This document shows, piece after piece, positions 12,660 to 25,010 of a stretch of 64,000 bases of DNA. The position numbers and the translations under genes were made by a program. The stretch is from positions 62,001 to 126,000 of the forward strand of contig JBFLGF010000026.1 of the NCBI GenBank assembly GCA_050230475.1, written 5' to 3'. Source of the stretch: Ancylonema sp. (Eukaryota). Position 1 is the first letter of the stretch. Each line of letters starts with the position of its first letter. The notes under the pieces are model-generated. The model searched no databases, was not told the DNA's origin, and saw nothing but the letters and a program-made list of their open reading frames with translations.

Positions 12660-15046
12660 CTGTGGGGTGAAGCTGGAGGGGACGCAGCACAAGTGGTCGG
12701 AAGAGAGTCAGCAATCAGCGCAAGGAAGAAGCACAGCATATGGGATGTGAATCTGAGGGGCGGGGAGGACAGTTCGCGGAACCTTCCCATATCAGCTGGA
12801 CCGTCTAGAAATACGACCGCTGGGAGCGTCGGAAGCTTAGATTCTATTATTGGGAAACCCGAGCAGGCTGCCAAGGTAGCTGCCGCTCTTGAATAGAGCG
12901 ATGTGCACGACTCTGAACCCGAGGCTCAGGAGGATGGTGAAGGAGCAGAACAAACTCTTCACAGAACGTGGGAAGGGCAGGCGGTGGAGGGAGTGGAAAA
13001 CGAGGAGGGCAAGGGGGAAGGTGGTGAGAGGAGGGAGGGGGGGAGTAATATCCGGGAGGGGGAGGAGTCAACGGATGGGGATGGGGGTGTGGGAGGTGCG
13101 GTAGAGGGAGGGGATGGAGAAGGAGACGGGGGAGAGGAGGAGAGGTGGGTGGGGGGAGAGGATGGGGGGGAGGCAGACGGGGTTCCCGAAGTAGACGTAG
13201 ACTCTCTCCCTCTCGACGAGCGTGTGTCTGCTGTCAGAGAAAGGGTCGAGTCTGAACTCAAGGCCTTGCACGAGATGGTTTCGTCGTTATCGGCGGAACG
13301 GAAGGCGGCCGTGCAGCGTAGGCGAGCCGCGAACAGAACGTGTTTGGAGGTGTGTAAGAGAGTGAGGGAGTTGGAGGGCGAGGTGGCGGAAGCGTGTGAG
13401 AAGGAGGAGTTTGAGCGAGCGGATGAGTTGAGTATCGCCATGGGGGAAGCGGAAGGAGAGGCGGAGAGGATGGGGAACGAGGCGAGAGGAGCAGAGGAGG
13501 AGTGTGAGTTGGCAGGTGGGAGGTTGCATGAGGCAGAGGCCAGGGAGGGAGAGGTGGCAGAAGAAGGAGCCAGGAAGCTTCTGGCCGTACAGGAGGTGGG
13601 GGAGGGGAAGGGGGTTCTGTGATACTTTTCGTTTTCTGCACAAACAGATGTAGGCGAGAAGGACTTAATTGGTTGCCTCTCGAATTCTTTTTTTGGATCC
13701 ACTCTTATCACTCTCCACGGGGCATCGCCAGGGCTATTTTTTTAATTTATGTTGTGATGTAAGGGGTCTGCTTGGAGGTGTTGATATTCATGACTCCATG
13801 GGTTTGATATTTGAAGGTCTTCAACCGATGTGGATGCCAATCCGTTTCTTTTCCCACTTCTGCTGCTGCTGCTGCTGCTGCTGCAGGCTGCTGTTGCAGA
13901 AGCGCAGAGGTTGAAATCCGAGGCTGGGAGTTCTGCCGCCCAGGAGATGGAGCGCCTGATTGGCGAGGAGGAGGAGGTGGAGGCGAGGAAGCGCAAAATG
14001 AGTTTAGAACAGCGGGTGGTGGAGGAGGAGGAGGCGGAGATGGAGAAGGAGATCTTGGAGTCCACTGATCAAGGAGCAAGGGGAGAGAGAGGTACTTGTG
14101 TCGGAAAGAGAGGCGATGGAGAGGGAGGTGGAGGAGGCGAGGGAGGTGTTGAGGGGGAAAGAGGCGGCGCTCGCGATTCAGGACGAGAAGATTGGGGATG
14201 TGGAAGAGAAGATCCGCGCAGTGGGGGCCAAGTTCGTTAGAAGGAGGGCGAATCTGGAGGTGGAGAGGGAGAGGGTGGCAAAAACGGCGCTGGAACTGGC
14301 TGCAGAAATGAAGCGGATCTAGGGCGCAAAGGAGGCCGTGAGGGGCGAGGTGGCGTCGGCAGAAAGCGGGGTGGGGGGCCTGGAGGAGGTGGGGAGAGCG
14401 GCAAAACTAGAGGCAGAATCCCTGGCAGCACGGGCAGAGGCCAAGAAGGGAATGGCCGCAGCAGATAAGGCAGAAAGGGCAAAAAGGGAGGAGCTGGCGG
14501 CAAAAGAGAAGGAGGGCATGGAGAAGGCAAACGCCGTTAAGGCGCAAGTGGGGGAAATGAAGACGGCGCTGAAGGTAGTATGAAAGGCACCATGGGGGGG
14601 GGGGAGGGGAAGAAGGGGGAAATAGGGGTGAGGATTTGTCCACAACAGGATGAGATTGTTTTTGTTTACTCAGAAAGCCACTCTCGGTTTGGGCGGAGGA
14701 AAAGGGTTGGGGACGGAAAACGGTTGGCTGAACACAGACAGACAGACAGACAGCTGGCGTTTTGGATGCTGTCATGTTACGGGGTACCTGGATGGAAGCA
14801 GAGTCGGTTGCTTGAAGGCAGAAGTGAGATTCGGTCTGTGTGTTTTTCAATCTCTCGTCTTTTATGTTTTGTTGTTTCAGGAAATCGGGTTTGTGTGCGC
14901 CAAGTTGGCGCAAGAAGTGGGCGCTGCGCAACAGAGGCTGGATTTTTCCGACATCCGGAACTGGAGGCCGAGAAACGAGCGGCGGCCAGCAGTCGCAACT
15001 TCAAGGAGGCTGCGAAACTGGCGGCGGAAATGAAGATGATCGCAAA
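12660..15046 (+). pseudogene. Inverted, truncated pseudogene copy of the UVR coiled-coil gene
   Basis: About 12820-15046 is the reverse complement of about 4862-2593, including both introns. It has a deletion with a stop near 12894, frameshifting deletions near 14065 and 14950, and the same TAG at 14320-14322. 12660-12820 is a much more diverged homologous part (ARKKHSIWD vs RKKKRSIRV). Confidence 0.9.
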
Positions 15047-16289
15047 GATGACTGCAGGGCATTGATGCCTCACCAAAAATGTATTTGTATCGGTATAGCT
15101 GGGATTGAGTTATGAACACAAAGCATGGAGGCATGAATATTCTTAGTGTATTTACTTATGTCTTGCTCGGGGATGGTGTGTTTCTATGATTGGTGGTTAA
15201 GTATTCTCAAGCCATGGTTTGCAGTCACAATCTTGAAAGAATGACAATTCCAATAGGAGATGGATGTCAAGAATGAGGTAAGCATTCATTGCCTCCTGCA
15301 AGGTAGGTGTGTTTTCCCTCATCCAATGCACTTTTTCCATTCAGCAAGTGTGAGTCCAATTATGAGAGAATGCCTCGTTTCTACATGGAGAACGTATTTT
15401 GATAAGCACACTTGAAGAAGTTCAGCCTACGCACTTGGTTGCGACGCATGGCGAAGTCTGAAGAAGGTCACCAGAAACTGCTATCAGGCCGTAAGCGTTG
15501 GCAGCAGGTACAAAAGAGAGCGGTGGAAATACAATTATTATAGATTACCTACCCTACTCTTCAGCAAAGGGTTTGACAGCAAGAGTTATGCGATTTTGTA
15601 GGGGGACGGCGCCATGTTCCTTCTTCGTTACAGCATGAAAGCATTTTATCCTGAGGCCATACACTACATGAGTCTTGAAGTGATGATCAGTTAAGAAGGT
15701 GGTAAGGTGCCTGACCACCTTCTAAACATTCGATAGACAATACAACACATTCATTTGGAAACTCAGGATATGACACAAAACAGACATGGAAATCTGAGCT
15801 TAATGTACAAGTGGAATGCCCGCAACATTCTGGAGGAGCATCCACCACCAACTGAGTGCGCTGAAAGTCCTAGACTCATAAAACTAGGCTCTACTTCCCT
15901 ACTTCTCTCTCTCTACCGACTCCAGACCGCAGCAGCCCTCCCTCAACACCTTACCACCACTGTGTTGAACAAACTAAACCACACCATAGACTTCACTACA
16001 ACATATACTACACTAGGCCATACTTACACCACTATCTACAAGTTTCAAATTTCTGAAACAGCGACACCATCCTTTCTGCACCTCCTTGTGTGCCTCTAGA
16101 TCATTTGCTGTATCTACCAGAGACACTGCCCTAATTGTACATGCTAAATAGTTTGACAGCAACCAGGAGCATGAAACCAGGATCATCGAACTGGTCCAAA
16201 TGCTACATTTCTGGACATTTCTCGCTGACAGTCTTTCCCAGAGACCCACAGGAAGGCGCTAAGATGCCAGTCAAGGCAGCAGTAAGATG

Positions 16290-17842
16290 TCACCGATCTC
16301 TGGCAGGCAGCAATAAGATGTCACCTGAAAGACACAAGAGAACAGGATTAGCAGTCCGTTTGTCTGCTGATCTGTTGCTCCAAACTAGGCAACGCCAAGA
16401 TGTTCAAGAAGGTTATAAAGATGCGGCACAACTGCGGGAAAGAGCTACAGATACTCAGCATCTTGACATGTGATCCTTATACCACCTAGATACACCCGTG
16501 TAATCGAAATGCATACCTGCTTGTATGGAGTTAGGGTCTTTTATGCTGTTCATCTTCATGATGTCTCCAATCGTGGTCTTGAATCTCCTTGAAATTTGGA
16601 AAAGAGTATCGCCCTTCTCAATCTCATACGTCACCGGAATCCAAAGCTTCTGCCCAGGGTAGATAACATCGCTGGACATGTTGTTCACTGTGCTCAGAAT
16701 CGTGATCGAGCTTCCGCGTTCCCGAGCGATGGCACTCAACGTGTCTCCTTTCTTCACTTCGTACAGCTGGCCATTTCGGCAAGAAGTTGCAGCTCTGGCT
16801 GCTCCAGGACCTGCTGCAAAAAACGCCACAGCAGTTAGACACGCATGCAAAAAAAACACTGTCGACTCTACTGGCAAGCATATTTGAGACATATCAATGT
16901 GAAGCCATGATGGTTTACACTACTTTCCAAGGACAAGTGACAACATGCAAAGGCCTCACATGCCAAGACTGCCCAAGAGAGAGCCGAAAATTTCAAGACA
17001 TCACTTCTGGAAAGACAGCCTTCCAGCAATCGATTTTCAAGACCTGCCCCCACCCGAGAAATGTAGGCACCAGCTAGTGAGAAAACTACAAAGCACAATG
17101 CAAGGATACATGAATATCTACAACACCCTGACGTATATATCTGAAGTGACGAAATGCTCTATGACGACGCCCTTTAAAGGAAGAAAGAGGTCTCACCTGA
17201 CACGGAACCATCTTCAAGGGCCTTGTCTTCGAGACGACTATCTCCTGCTCCAGCCACTTGTTTCAAAAACCGAAGTGGTCCGCTGCAGGAATGACCGGTT
17301 ATAAGTGCGTCAATTAGTGCGCTGATGCAGGTGGACAAAATAATCGAAGGCAGCCCCTAGAAGCAAAAGCTAAAAGCCAAAAGCCAAAAGCCGAAATCCA
17401 AACGCCATTCAATGATGACTTGATGTCAAGACTATAGCATATCCTAATGCAAGTATCCGATACGTTCACTCAGTCCTCACCTCTGCTCCTCGACCTCCTC
17501 ATGGTCGGAAACTCCTGGTGCAAACGTCACACGACTCAGTCGGCTCGAACCAACGGTCCTGCGTTTCCTTTCTGCTGCGGGCGGCGGTGGCGACGGGCTG
17601 CTTACTCTCTTGGTTTCTACCGGGCGCCACTTTACAATATGTAAAGTCCTGTGGTATCTGCATCGGAAAGAGCCCGGGTGCGTAGTAGGGGAGCACAGAC
17701 AGCCACGCGTAGGGGAGCGGCTGGCAGTCTTTTTCGGGACACTGGGATGCTCATCGCCAGACGAACGACCTCTCACTTGACTATTTTCAGCTGCCATAGG
17801 ACTCTGTTTCATGGCCGGTTTCCACAGGTTGGGAGTCTGCAT
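16290..17842 (-). CDS. Protein with N-terminal CxCSPTTHPGSFRCRxH motif, hydrophobic segment and two C-terminal LysM domains (5 exons)
   Basis: Exons 17842-17481, 17282-17197, 17073-16960, 16813-16517, 16324-16290; all GT-AG and phase-compatible (2,1,1,1), ending in TGA. LysM1 YEVKKGDTLSAIA...IYPGQKLWIP; LysM2 YEIEKGDTLFQIS...IQAGDILLLP. Confidence 0.8.
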
Positions 17843-19715
17843 AGCTGCGCGTAAAGAGAACTCTGAATTTGCAGTATGACTTGTAAAGCTAGGTATCTGT
17901 ACGGTATCTCTGAAAAACTTACGATGCGATGATACCGATGCCGGTGTTTTCCTTGAAGAAAGAACGTTCTGTATTCAAGAACGGAGGTGAGCGGAGATTG
18001 CGGGCCGACGGTGTTCGTAAACTCTGCCATGTGGGCAGATTTTTGGCTTTTCTTACATTGAAAGAGATTCAGTATCTCCGGAAAATCGTCATTATTATAT
18101 CAGGAGATACTTATTCTATCAAGTCGTTGTTCGTTACGTAGTTCGTGTGAATTCGACTCAGGAATCGTTTTCGTACCAGGCATCAATGAAGACTCGCCGT
18201 CTGGATTCTATAAATCATTTAAGCCCACAGGAGCCCACGTTGACGGCCCCAACTCCGAGGGACAGTCGATATTGACGATCGTATGTGATTACGGCTCGGC
18301 GCTGATTTTTAAGTGATTACTTGGCGCGCTCTATGACCAACACCCCGATAGAGTGAAAAAATTGCGGCGGATTTTGAAGTCACCATCATAGATGGGTCAG
18401 CGCCGTGCGCAAGATTTTCGCACGCGCGCCGCATGCGTGCGCTAGCGCACTCATGCGGCACGCGTGCCGCACGGGGACAATTTCTCTAAGGAAGAGACTG
18501 CGGGCAACCCCCTAAGCGACTGCGGGCACCCCCCTCCGTAATAGTGAACGGGCATCCGGCGAAAATTCGCTCTACAGAGTGTCCAGGACCGATGTACCGT
18601 GATTTTTTTCGTTATCACTGTCTCGGAGCTACCTCATCGCTCCTGCCACTTTGGCACTCCGTCCCCCCTAGTGGACCCGCTGCTGCGTGCGTCTTGTTGT
18701 CCGCGTCAGAATCTGTGCTGCGGAATCTCCGTGTCCTAACTGCGGTAAGTGATATGCTCCCACTGTGCAACTGTGAATTGTGCCACTGTGACTGCGCGCT
18801 GTAGTTGGTCGCTACATGGGGTGGTGTCTCATGTTCCGCTGCTTGTTTGCTGAGGTTCCGCGAAGTTAATGCCGACTACTAACGTGGAGACATTGTTTTT
18901 TTCTTTGTCCAGAGGCCGGTCAGACGTGCGAATGGACGTTGTGGAAGTACCTAGTACTGGACATAGAAGATAAGTAGGCACGCCATGCTAAGCTGAATCT
19001 GGCGCCAAATTCAAGATGGATCTGCCTTCTTTCCTACATATAAGATTCAGAATGAGGTGTCGCGCAAGAAGGAGCCGGCGCGAGTGAATGCTGCCTCGAG
19101 GTGGCGGAGCTCCCCCTCACACCTAAGATGTAGTCTGAAGCAATCCTTTAGAAAAGGTGAAATACAGAGAGGGACGTAAGCGATTGATTCATACCTCCAG
19201 TTGACATAGCAATTTTTGGGTTTTACATGCTGAAGTCACGGTATCATATAATGTGAGATAGGAAGAGGGAGAGGGACATATATATATAAAAAAAAATCGG
19301 GTTTTTTTTTTATTTATTCGGTCGTACGGGCGTTGAATGGAGACCCATTGTGGGAATATGTTTTGTACACGCAATTTTATTTTACTTTTTCGTCTCTCGA
19401 ATATGTATACTTGTTCACTTTTTGTCTAGTATTTTAACGTCATTGAAATGTTACTGCATTCTCTGCATTTTTTTATCCAATGTTATTCGTATGGGATACA
19501 TCTGGGGATTATTATAGAGAGAAGCGGGTGACATAGCAATTTTTGGGTTTTACATGCCGAAGCACGGTATCATATAATGTGAGATAGGAAGAGGGAGAGG
19601 GACATTAAAAAATATGTTTTCCGGGTTTTTTTTTGAAAAAATCGGTCGTATGGGGCGGGTGTAAACACTTCACTAGAGTTTATATTGTTTTGTTGTTTAT
19701 CCTTCCTTATTATAG

Positions 19716-20570
19716 ATGTCACTCCCGCCTAGCCCACCCGCCCCACCCGCTCCACCTGCCCCACTTGGCCCCCCACCCTCAGAGACTACAGTCTATGCAT
19801 CCCGGAAGCAGTTGTTTGAGTCGGTGCAAACACACAGTCTTCATTTAGGGTACGTTTTCACAACTAAAAGGTCGAAGAAAAATGTGACCATCTTAGTGTG
19901 CGGGGAGCCCAACGAAACCCTTTGGGCTCCGGGCTACGCCGGAGCCGAGCCCAAGATCGCGGCTCCGGGCTCATTTTGGGAGCCGGGAGCCCGGAGCCCA
20001 AGATCTGGGCTCAGAGCTTACCCGGAGCCCGGCCCGGAGCCCCAAATTCACCCACAAAAAAAAAAAAAAAAAAAAAAACATCATCTCTCTCCTGATGATC
20101 TGGCCGTGGGGTCCGTTTGCTTTCCCGCTTTTTTCATGAATTCATGAATCATGGGCTCCGAGCCCGGCTCTGAGCCCGGATCCGAGCCCGGATCTTACGC
20201 TCCGACATGAGCTCTGGCGTTTAGCTCGGAGCCTGAGGAAAAATACCCCTTTGGGCTCCGGGCTCAATGAGCCCGGATCTTGGGCTCATTGGGCTCATTG
20301 GGCTCATTGGGCTCCGGGCTCCCCGCACACTAGACCATCTATCAGTGCGATCGAGGGGGTAGTTATAAGAAATAGTTGGGCAGTAGTGGACGGAGATCGA
20401 AAACGCAACACAAGGTCAAGACAGTTAGGTTGCCCGTTTAGAATCTCAACAAGGTGTACAAAAGTGGGGTGGAGGGTGAGGGTGAAAGATAATAACCACA
20501 ATCATGACGCATCTCTTAGTTTGCTAGCGCACCAAGTAACTCAAGAGGATATCTACCTTCGCACTAGACA
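19716..20570 (+). pseudogene. MULE FAR1/WRKY-GCM1-type zinc-finger remnant, split by a hAT MITE
   Basis: After removing the MITE: GYVFTTKRSKKNVTIYQCDRGGSY / RKRNTRSRQLGCPFRI...WRVRVKDNNHNH, with a frameshift. Confidence 0.75.
19894..20332. mobile_element. hAT-type MITE nested in the MULE
   Basis: TIR TAGTGTGCGGGGAGCCC / GGGCTCCCCGCACACTA; perfect 8-bp TSD GACCATCT; many GAGCCCGG subterminal repeats. Confidence 0.92.
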
Positions 20571-21399
20571 AGGTACTTTTTCACTTCATCATATTGTGTA
20601 ATTCTTTGGTTAGTTGTCGTTACAACCCCCCCCCCCCACCCCCGTTTGTTTTTTCTTTCCCCCCCCCCCCCCCCCTAGGTTGCTGCAGAGCGCGGGGTCG
20701 AAATCGATGACAGATCATGCGGATGCGATTTGCGACCGGCGTACGGCGTCCCTTGCCGTCATGAGCTCCGGGATCTGGCAATGAATTATCAAAGTATGTT
20801 GTTTCATGCATAAAACAACAACATGAGGTACATCATAATCACTTTGTATTTGACGCATGTATGGGTGTGGTGAATCGGCATCATACCCCCCCTCCACCCC
20901 GCCCCCTTGTAGATTCCAATTGGGAGGAAGATGACCCACCCATACCCGAGGACGTCTTGTCGGATGAAGAGGAGCCGTCCAACAATGATGACCCATCTCG
21001 AGAGGAGGTGAATCTGAATCACTTTCTATTTAACGCATGTGTGGGTGTGTCGTATTGATATCGGTTTTTTTTTCCTACTACCCCCCCCCCTTCCAGCTCC
21101 CGAAGGAGGAGAAATGACCCACTTATAGCCGAAGACGCGTGTGAGGGTGTGCCGTATCGGTATCATTTTTTTTTCTGTAGATTCCCACTGGGAAGTATGA
21201 CCCACCTATACGACTTGTCAGAGGATGAGTTGCCAGTAGAGGAGGAGGACCGATTGAGGAACGAGGTAAGTATCACATTGATTATATCCAAAGCGTCTAT
21301 GCGTATACTCTAAAGACATGTTGGATCACAGTTCAATTGCACAAATTATGAGAATATTATGAGATTTTTATTATTATTTTTATTTTTTGGCGAAAAGCA

Positions 21400-21700
21400 G
21401 GAATTCGAATCCCACGAATGCGCCCTCATGAAAGAAATCAGGACTATGGAGAGCGACGGGAACTGTGGATTCCGTTTGGTTACGGTGGCGGTGAAAGGGA
21501 ATAAAAACTCGTGGCGAGAGGTTAGGGCGGAAATGTGAGCCCACCTATTGAACAAATCACATTTTTTTAGGGATGCATGGGGAGATGTAATGTTCCAACG
21601 GATTTCCGAGGGCCTGGATTTTTTCGATATCCCAGCCCCCTTCAAGCACTGGTTTGATTCTCCCGACATGTCAATCTGGCGATTGATGTATATCAACGCC
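21400..21700 (+). pseudogene. OTU-like cysteine protease remnant inside the MULE
   Basis: IRTMESDGNCGFRLVTVAVKGNKNSWREVRAEM*AHL...KHWFDSPDM; DGNCxFR is the OTU catalytic Cys box; internal TGA. Confidence 0.7.
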
Positions 21701-24023
21701 CACTCGTCATCCTAGGATCGTCCACAGACAAGTATGAAACTTTTCTTCCTTGTCACCCAGTCAACTTCATACCAACGCCAATTGCACTTCTCCACATTGA
21801 CTTATCGCATTACGACATGGTTGTGCTCAAAAGCCGTGTGCTACCTCCCTAAAATCCTTTATGGTTGGGACAGAAGGCGCGTCGTAGGGATTTATATGCG
21901 ATTTATGATAGCTTGCAAGGAGCCTTGTGGGCTTGGAACACGCTCTTTGAACTCGAGTGAATATCCTTTTGATACTTCATGCCACATCATCTTAGGTGTA
22001 GGCAAAAACGGCTTTGCATTAATTTACATGTGCTCGCAACGAGCTCCATCTGCTTCGAACATGTTAGTTGTACTTCGTTGGATGTCTACGGATCACCCGA
22101 AGACATTTGTCTCGTAGGTAATACGAGTTGTAGTATAAGACAATGATGCTCTCACGTTTTCTTTAAATGGATTGCATCTTGCGGTTTTTTTTCTCATACG
22201 GGCAGTTTTTTCCCATAGGGAATCGGTAATTGTGTGTGACGCATTGTGTGTCACTTTTCCGGAATTTCAACTTGCTCGGCATGCACCATTCTTCATATGG
22301 CATCTACAATCATTTACTCTTGATGAAATTTATGTGTTTACAAGACTAAAGAGTTTCCGACTTAGGCATCGCAAAAAGGGACAAAATGGATTGGATTTAT
22401 TGTGGATCATGATAGCACCTTGCCCTATTGACTTGGCAACACCAGTGACTATATTGATATCAATAGAAGCATTAGGAAACGCATCGAAAATATGAAGCCG
22501 CTAACTTTGATGCAAACATACAACTAATCAGCACGGTCCTCTAAGCTCCGTAATTCTCCCCCCTTGGACACGCAACAAAAATATACGATGTTGGTGATGG
22601 AGTTCTATATTTCAAATGTAAGTCATAGAGGGTAAGAATGTTTCGATTAGAAATATAGAAAATGCAACAACACTTCAATAACATTCAATGACTAAAACCA
22701 AAATTGAAAATTAAAAATTAAAAATTAAAAAAAAAAAACAATCGCGTGGAAATATAATCTCTACAATGAATGTCCATTGAATGCCCATACGACCGAACTT
22801 TTGACCTACGAATGTCAAATCTTCTCTTATTTCCACGCAATCTACCATTCTGTCTCCGTCTCCCTCATCTATCTAACCTCATGTGAAATCGTGTTTTGGG
22901 CTTCGGCAATACACATAAAAACCATGAAAGGAAAACAGTAATCTAAATGAGCTCATTCGTTGCTAACTTACACCCATTCGTTGCTAACTTACACCCAGGT
23001 GTATCTACAAACATCCCCACTTGTATACCTCTCCCTCTCCCGCTCTCTATCTCACCTTGTTTGAAATAGTGCTTCAGACTGCATATTCAGATGTGAGGGG
23101 GAGCATTGCAACCTCAAGGCACCAATCACTCGAGTCGACCACTTCTTGCACGATGGCTGATTGTCATGCTTTTGCATGAAACAGAAGCGCCAAATCCAAC
23201 TTGGAGTTGCGCCAGAGTGTGCTCCCCCCCGCTAAGCGGAATCAACATACAATAACACGCTCCCGCACGCGGCGAGCAACCACAGCACGCAATCACACTG
23301 GCACAGTGGAAGCACGGCACTCACAAAATTCAGTACGCGGAGGGAGATGTATAACGCAAAACACGAACCGGCCAGCAGGACGCACGCAGCAGCAAGTATG
23401 GAGGCACGCAACAACACTGACCGCATGCAACACACGGAGATTCCGCAGCGCGCAGAATCCGAAGCGGACAGTAGGACGCACGTAGCAGCGAGGAACGCAG
23501 CGAAACACTGGTAGGAGCGAGGAGGTAGCTCCGAGACAGTGATAACGAAAAAAATCACGGTACATCGGTCTTGGACACTGTGTAGAGCGAATTTTCGCCG
23601 GATGCCCGTTCACTATTACGGAGGGGGGTGCCCGCAGTCGCTTTGGGGGGTGCCCGCAGTCTCTCCCTTTCTCTAATCGACTTCGGACGTCGAAATTTGA
23701 CTAAGTAGTGAGTACTGACCCATTTTGCAGTGTCAGTAGTTCGATATAACGTCTTAGGCCCTAAATTGAATACTGCCACGTTGTAACCGGATCACCAAAT
23801 ACATTTCGTGATTTTGGAAACATCCCGGCACCCCTGGGGTGTAGGAAGTACCCCCCCCCCCCCAGAGGATAATAATATAATTTTAACACACCTATGGGTC
23901 AGCACCGAGCGCGAGATTTGTGCACACGCGCGGCACGCGTGCGAAACACGTGCGGGACGCGCACTGCAAGACCCATCTATGGTCACCATACTATACCGAA
24001 AAAAGTAAACCCCAAAGACCTAA

Positions 24024-25010
24024 GAGCATCTCTTAGTGACGCCGGGTTCGATACCAGAGACATTAGCGCCACGATAAGTTGGATCGAAACCCGGGGGCAC
24101 ACACCTTAGTGACTCCCAACTGAGGTCGCACGCGTGGGGGCCCCGATAATTTTTAAATAAAGCGCCCTCCGAGTTTACGGTAGGGATCGGCGAGCGCAGA
24201 GCGCAGCGAGCGCATGAGCGCAAGCTCATGCGCTCATGAGCGCATGAGCGCAGGCATCCCCAAAATCTGCGATGAGCGCAGCTCATGAGCGTGAGCGTAT
24301 TAGAGCGCATGATCTTTGAAGTGCTCATGCGCTCATGCGCTCATTTAGCGCTCATGCGCTCATTATACGCTCATTATGCGCAGCTTCTGGATTGGAGAGC
24401 CGCGCAACTCGGACCGGCCAGCGCATGTTCTCAAGATCGTTCGCTCATGAGCGCATGAGCGCATTATTTCCGGCGTATCCTAAGACCCCTTTTAATTATA
24501 TGGCCATTATTCACGCATATCTTATGCCTGAATACCCCTCATTTTGCGCTCATGCGCTCATGCGCTCATTATGCGCTCTAATACGCTCACGCGCTCATGC
24601 GCTTATTTTGCGCTCTAATACGCTCATGAGCGTGATCTTGCGCTCAATTAGCTCGGAGCGCTGAGCGCAAGGGCTGCCACTGCGCTCGCCGATCCCTAGT
24701 TCACGGCTGGAACTCGGTGTCTGGAACTCCCACACACGCGTGTAACCGAGCTGTCTGGACCAATGAACGGAAGGCACGACAACTTTTGGACTTTTGAAAG
24801 ATTTTTTTTCCGTGGAACGCGGAGAGTGAAATCTTCCGAAGCAAGTTCGTTTTCGGCCGTCAGATTGTGGAGGCGACATTTCATTGTCGTCATCTCGCGC
24901 GTTCAACTAGATATCGTCATTACAATTGAATGATCTGAACCGTTCCATCATGAGAATATCTGCACGGATCTTGATACATCGATTCGACTGACAAATGCCG
25001 GGGTCACTAA
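24024..25010. mobile_element. PIF/Harbinger non-autonomous element A; right TIR interrupted at its TAA
   Basis: TAA|GAGCATCTCTTAGTGACGCCGG ... CCGGGGTCACTAA| followed directly by element B. Confidence 0.75.
24181..24698. mobile_element. hAT-type MITE nested in Harbinger element A
   Basis: TIR TAGGGATCGGCGAGCGCAG / CTGCGCTCGCCGATCCCTA; 8-bp TSD GTTTACGG / GTTCACGG; dense GCGCTCAT / ATGAGCGC repeats. Confidence 0.88.

Larger units (their letters stand above)
18490..23667 (+). mobile_element. Non-autonomous Mutator-like element (MULE)
   Basis: 9-bp TSD TTTCTCTAA at 18481-18489 and 23668-23676. TIRs GG(A/G)AGAGACTGCGGGCA... are near-identical for about 160 bp and recognisable for about 650 bp. 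Internal coding remnants. Confidence 0.92.

Noticed and set aside
15050..16250. Possible additional exons or small gene
   Set aside because: No consistent frame, splice chain or recognisable motif.
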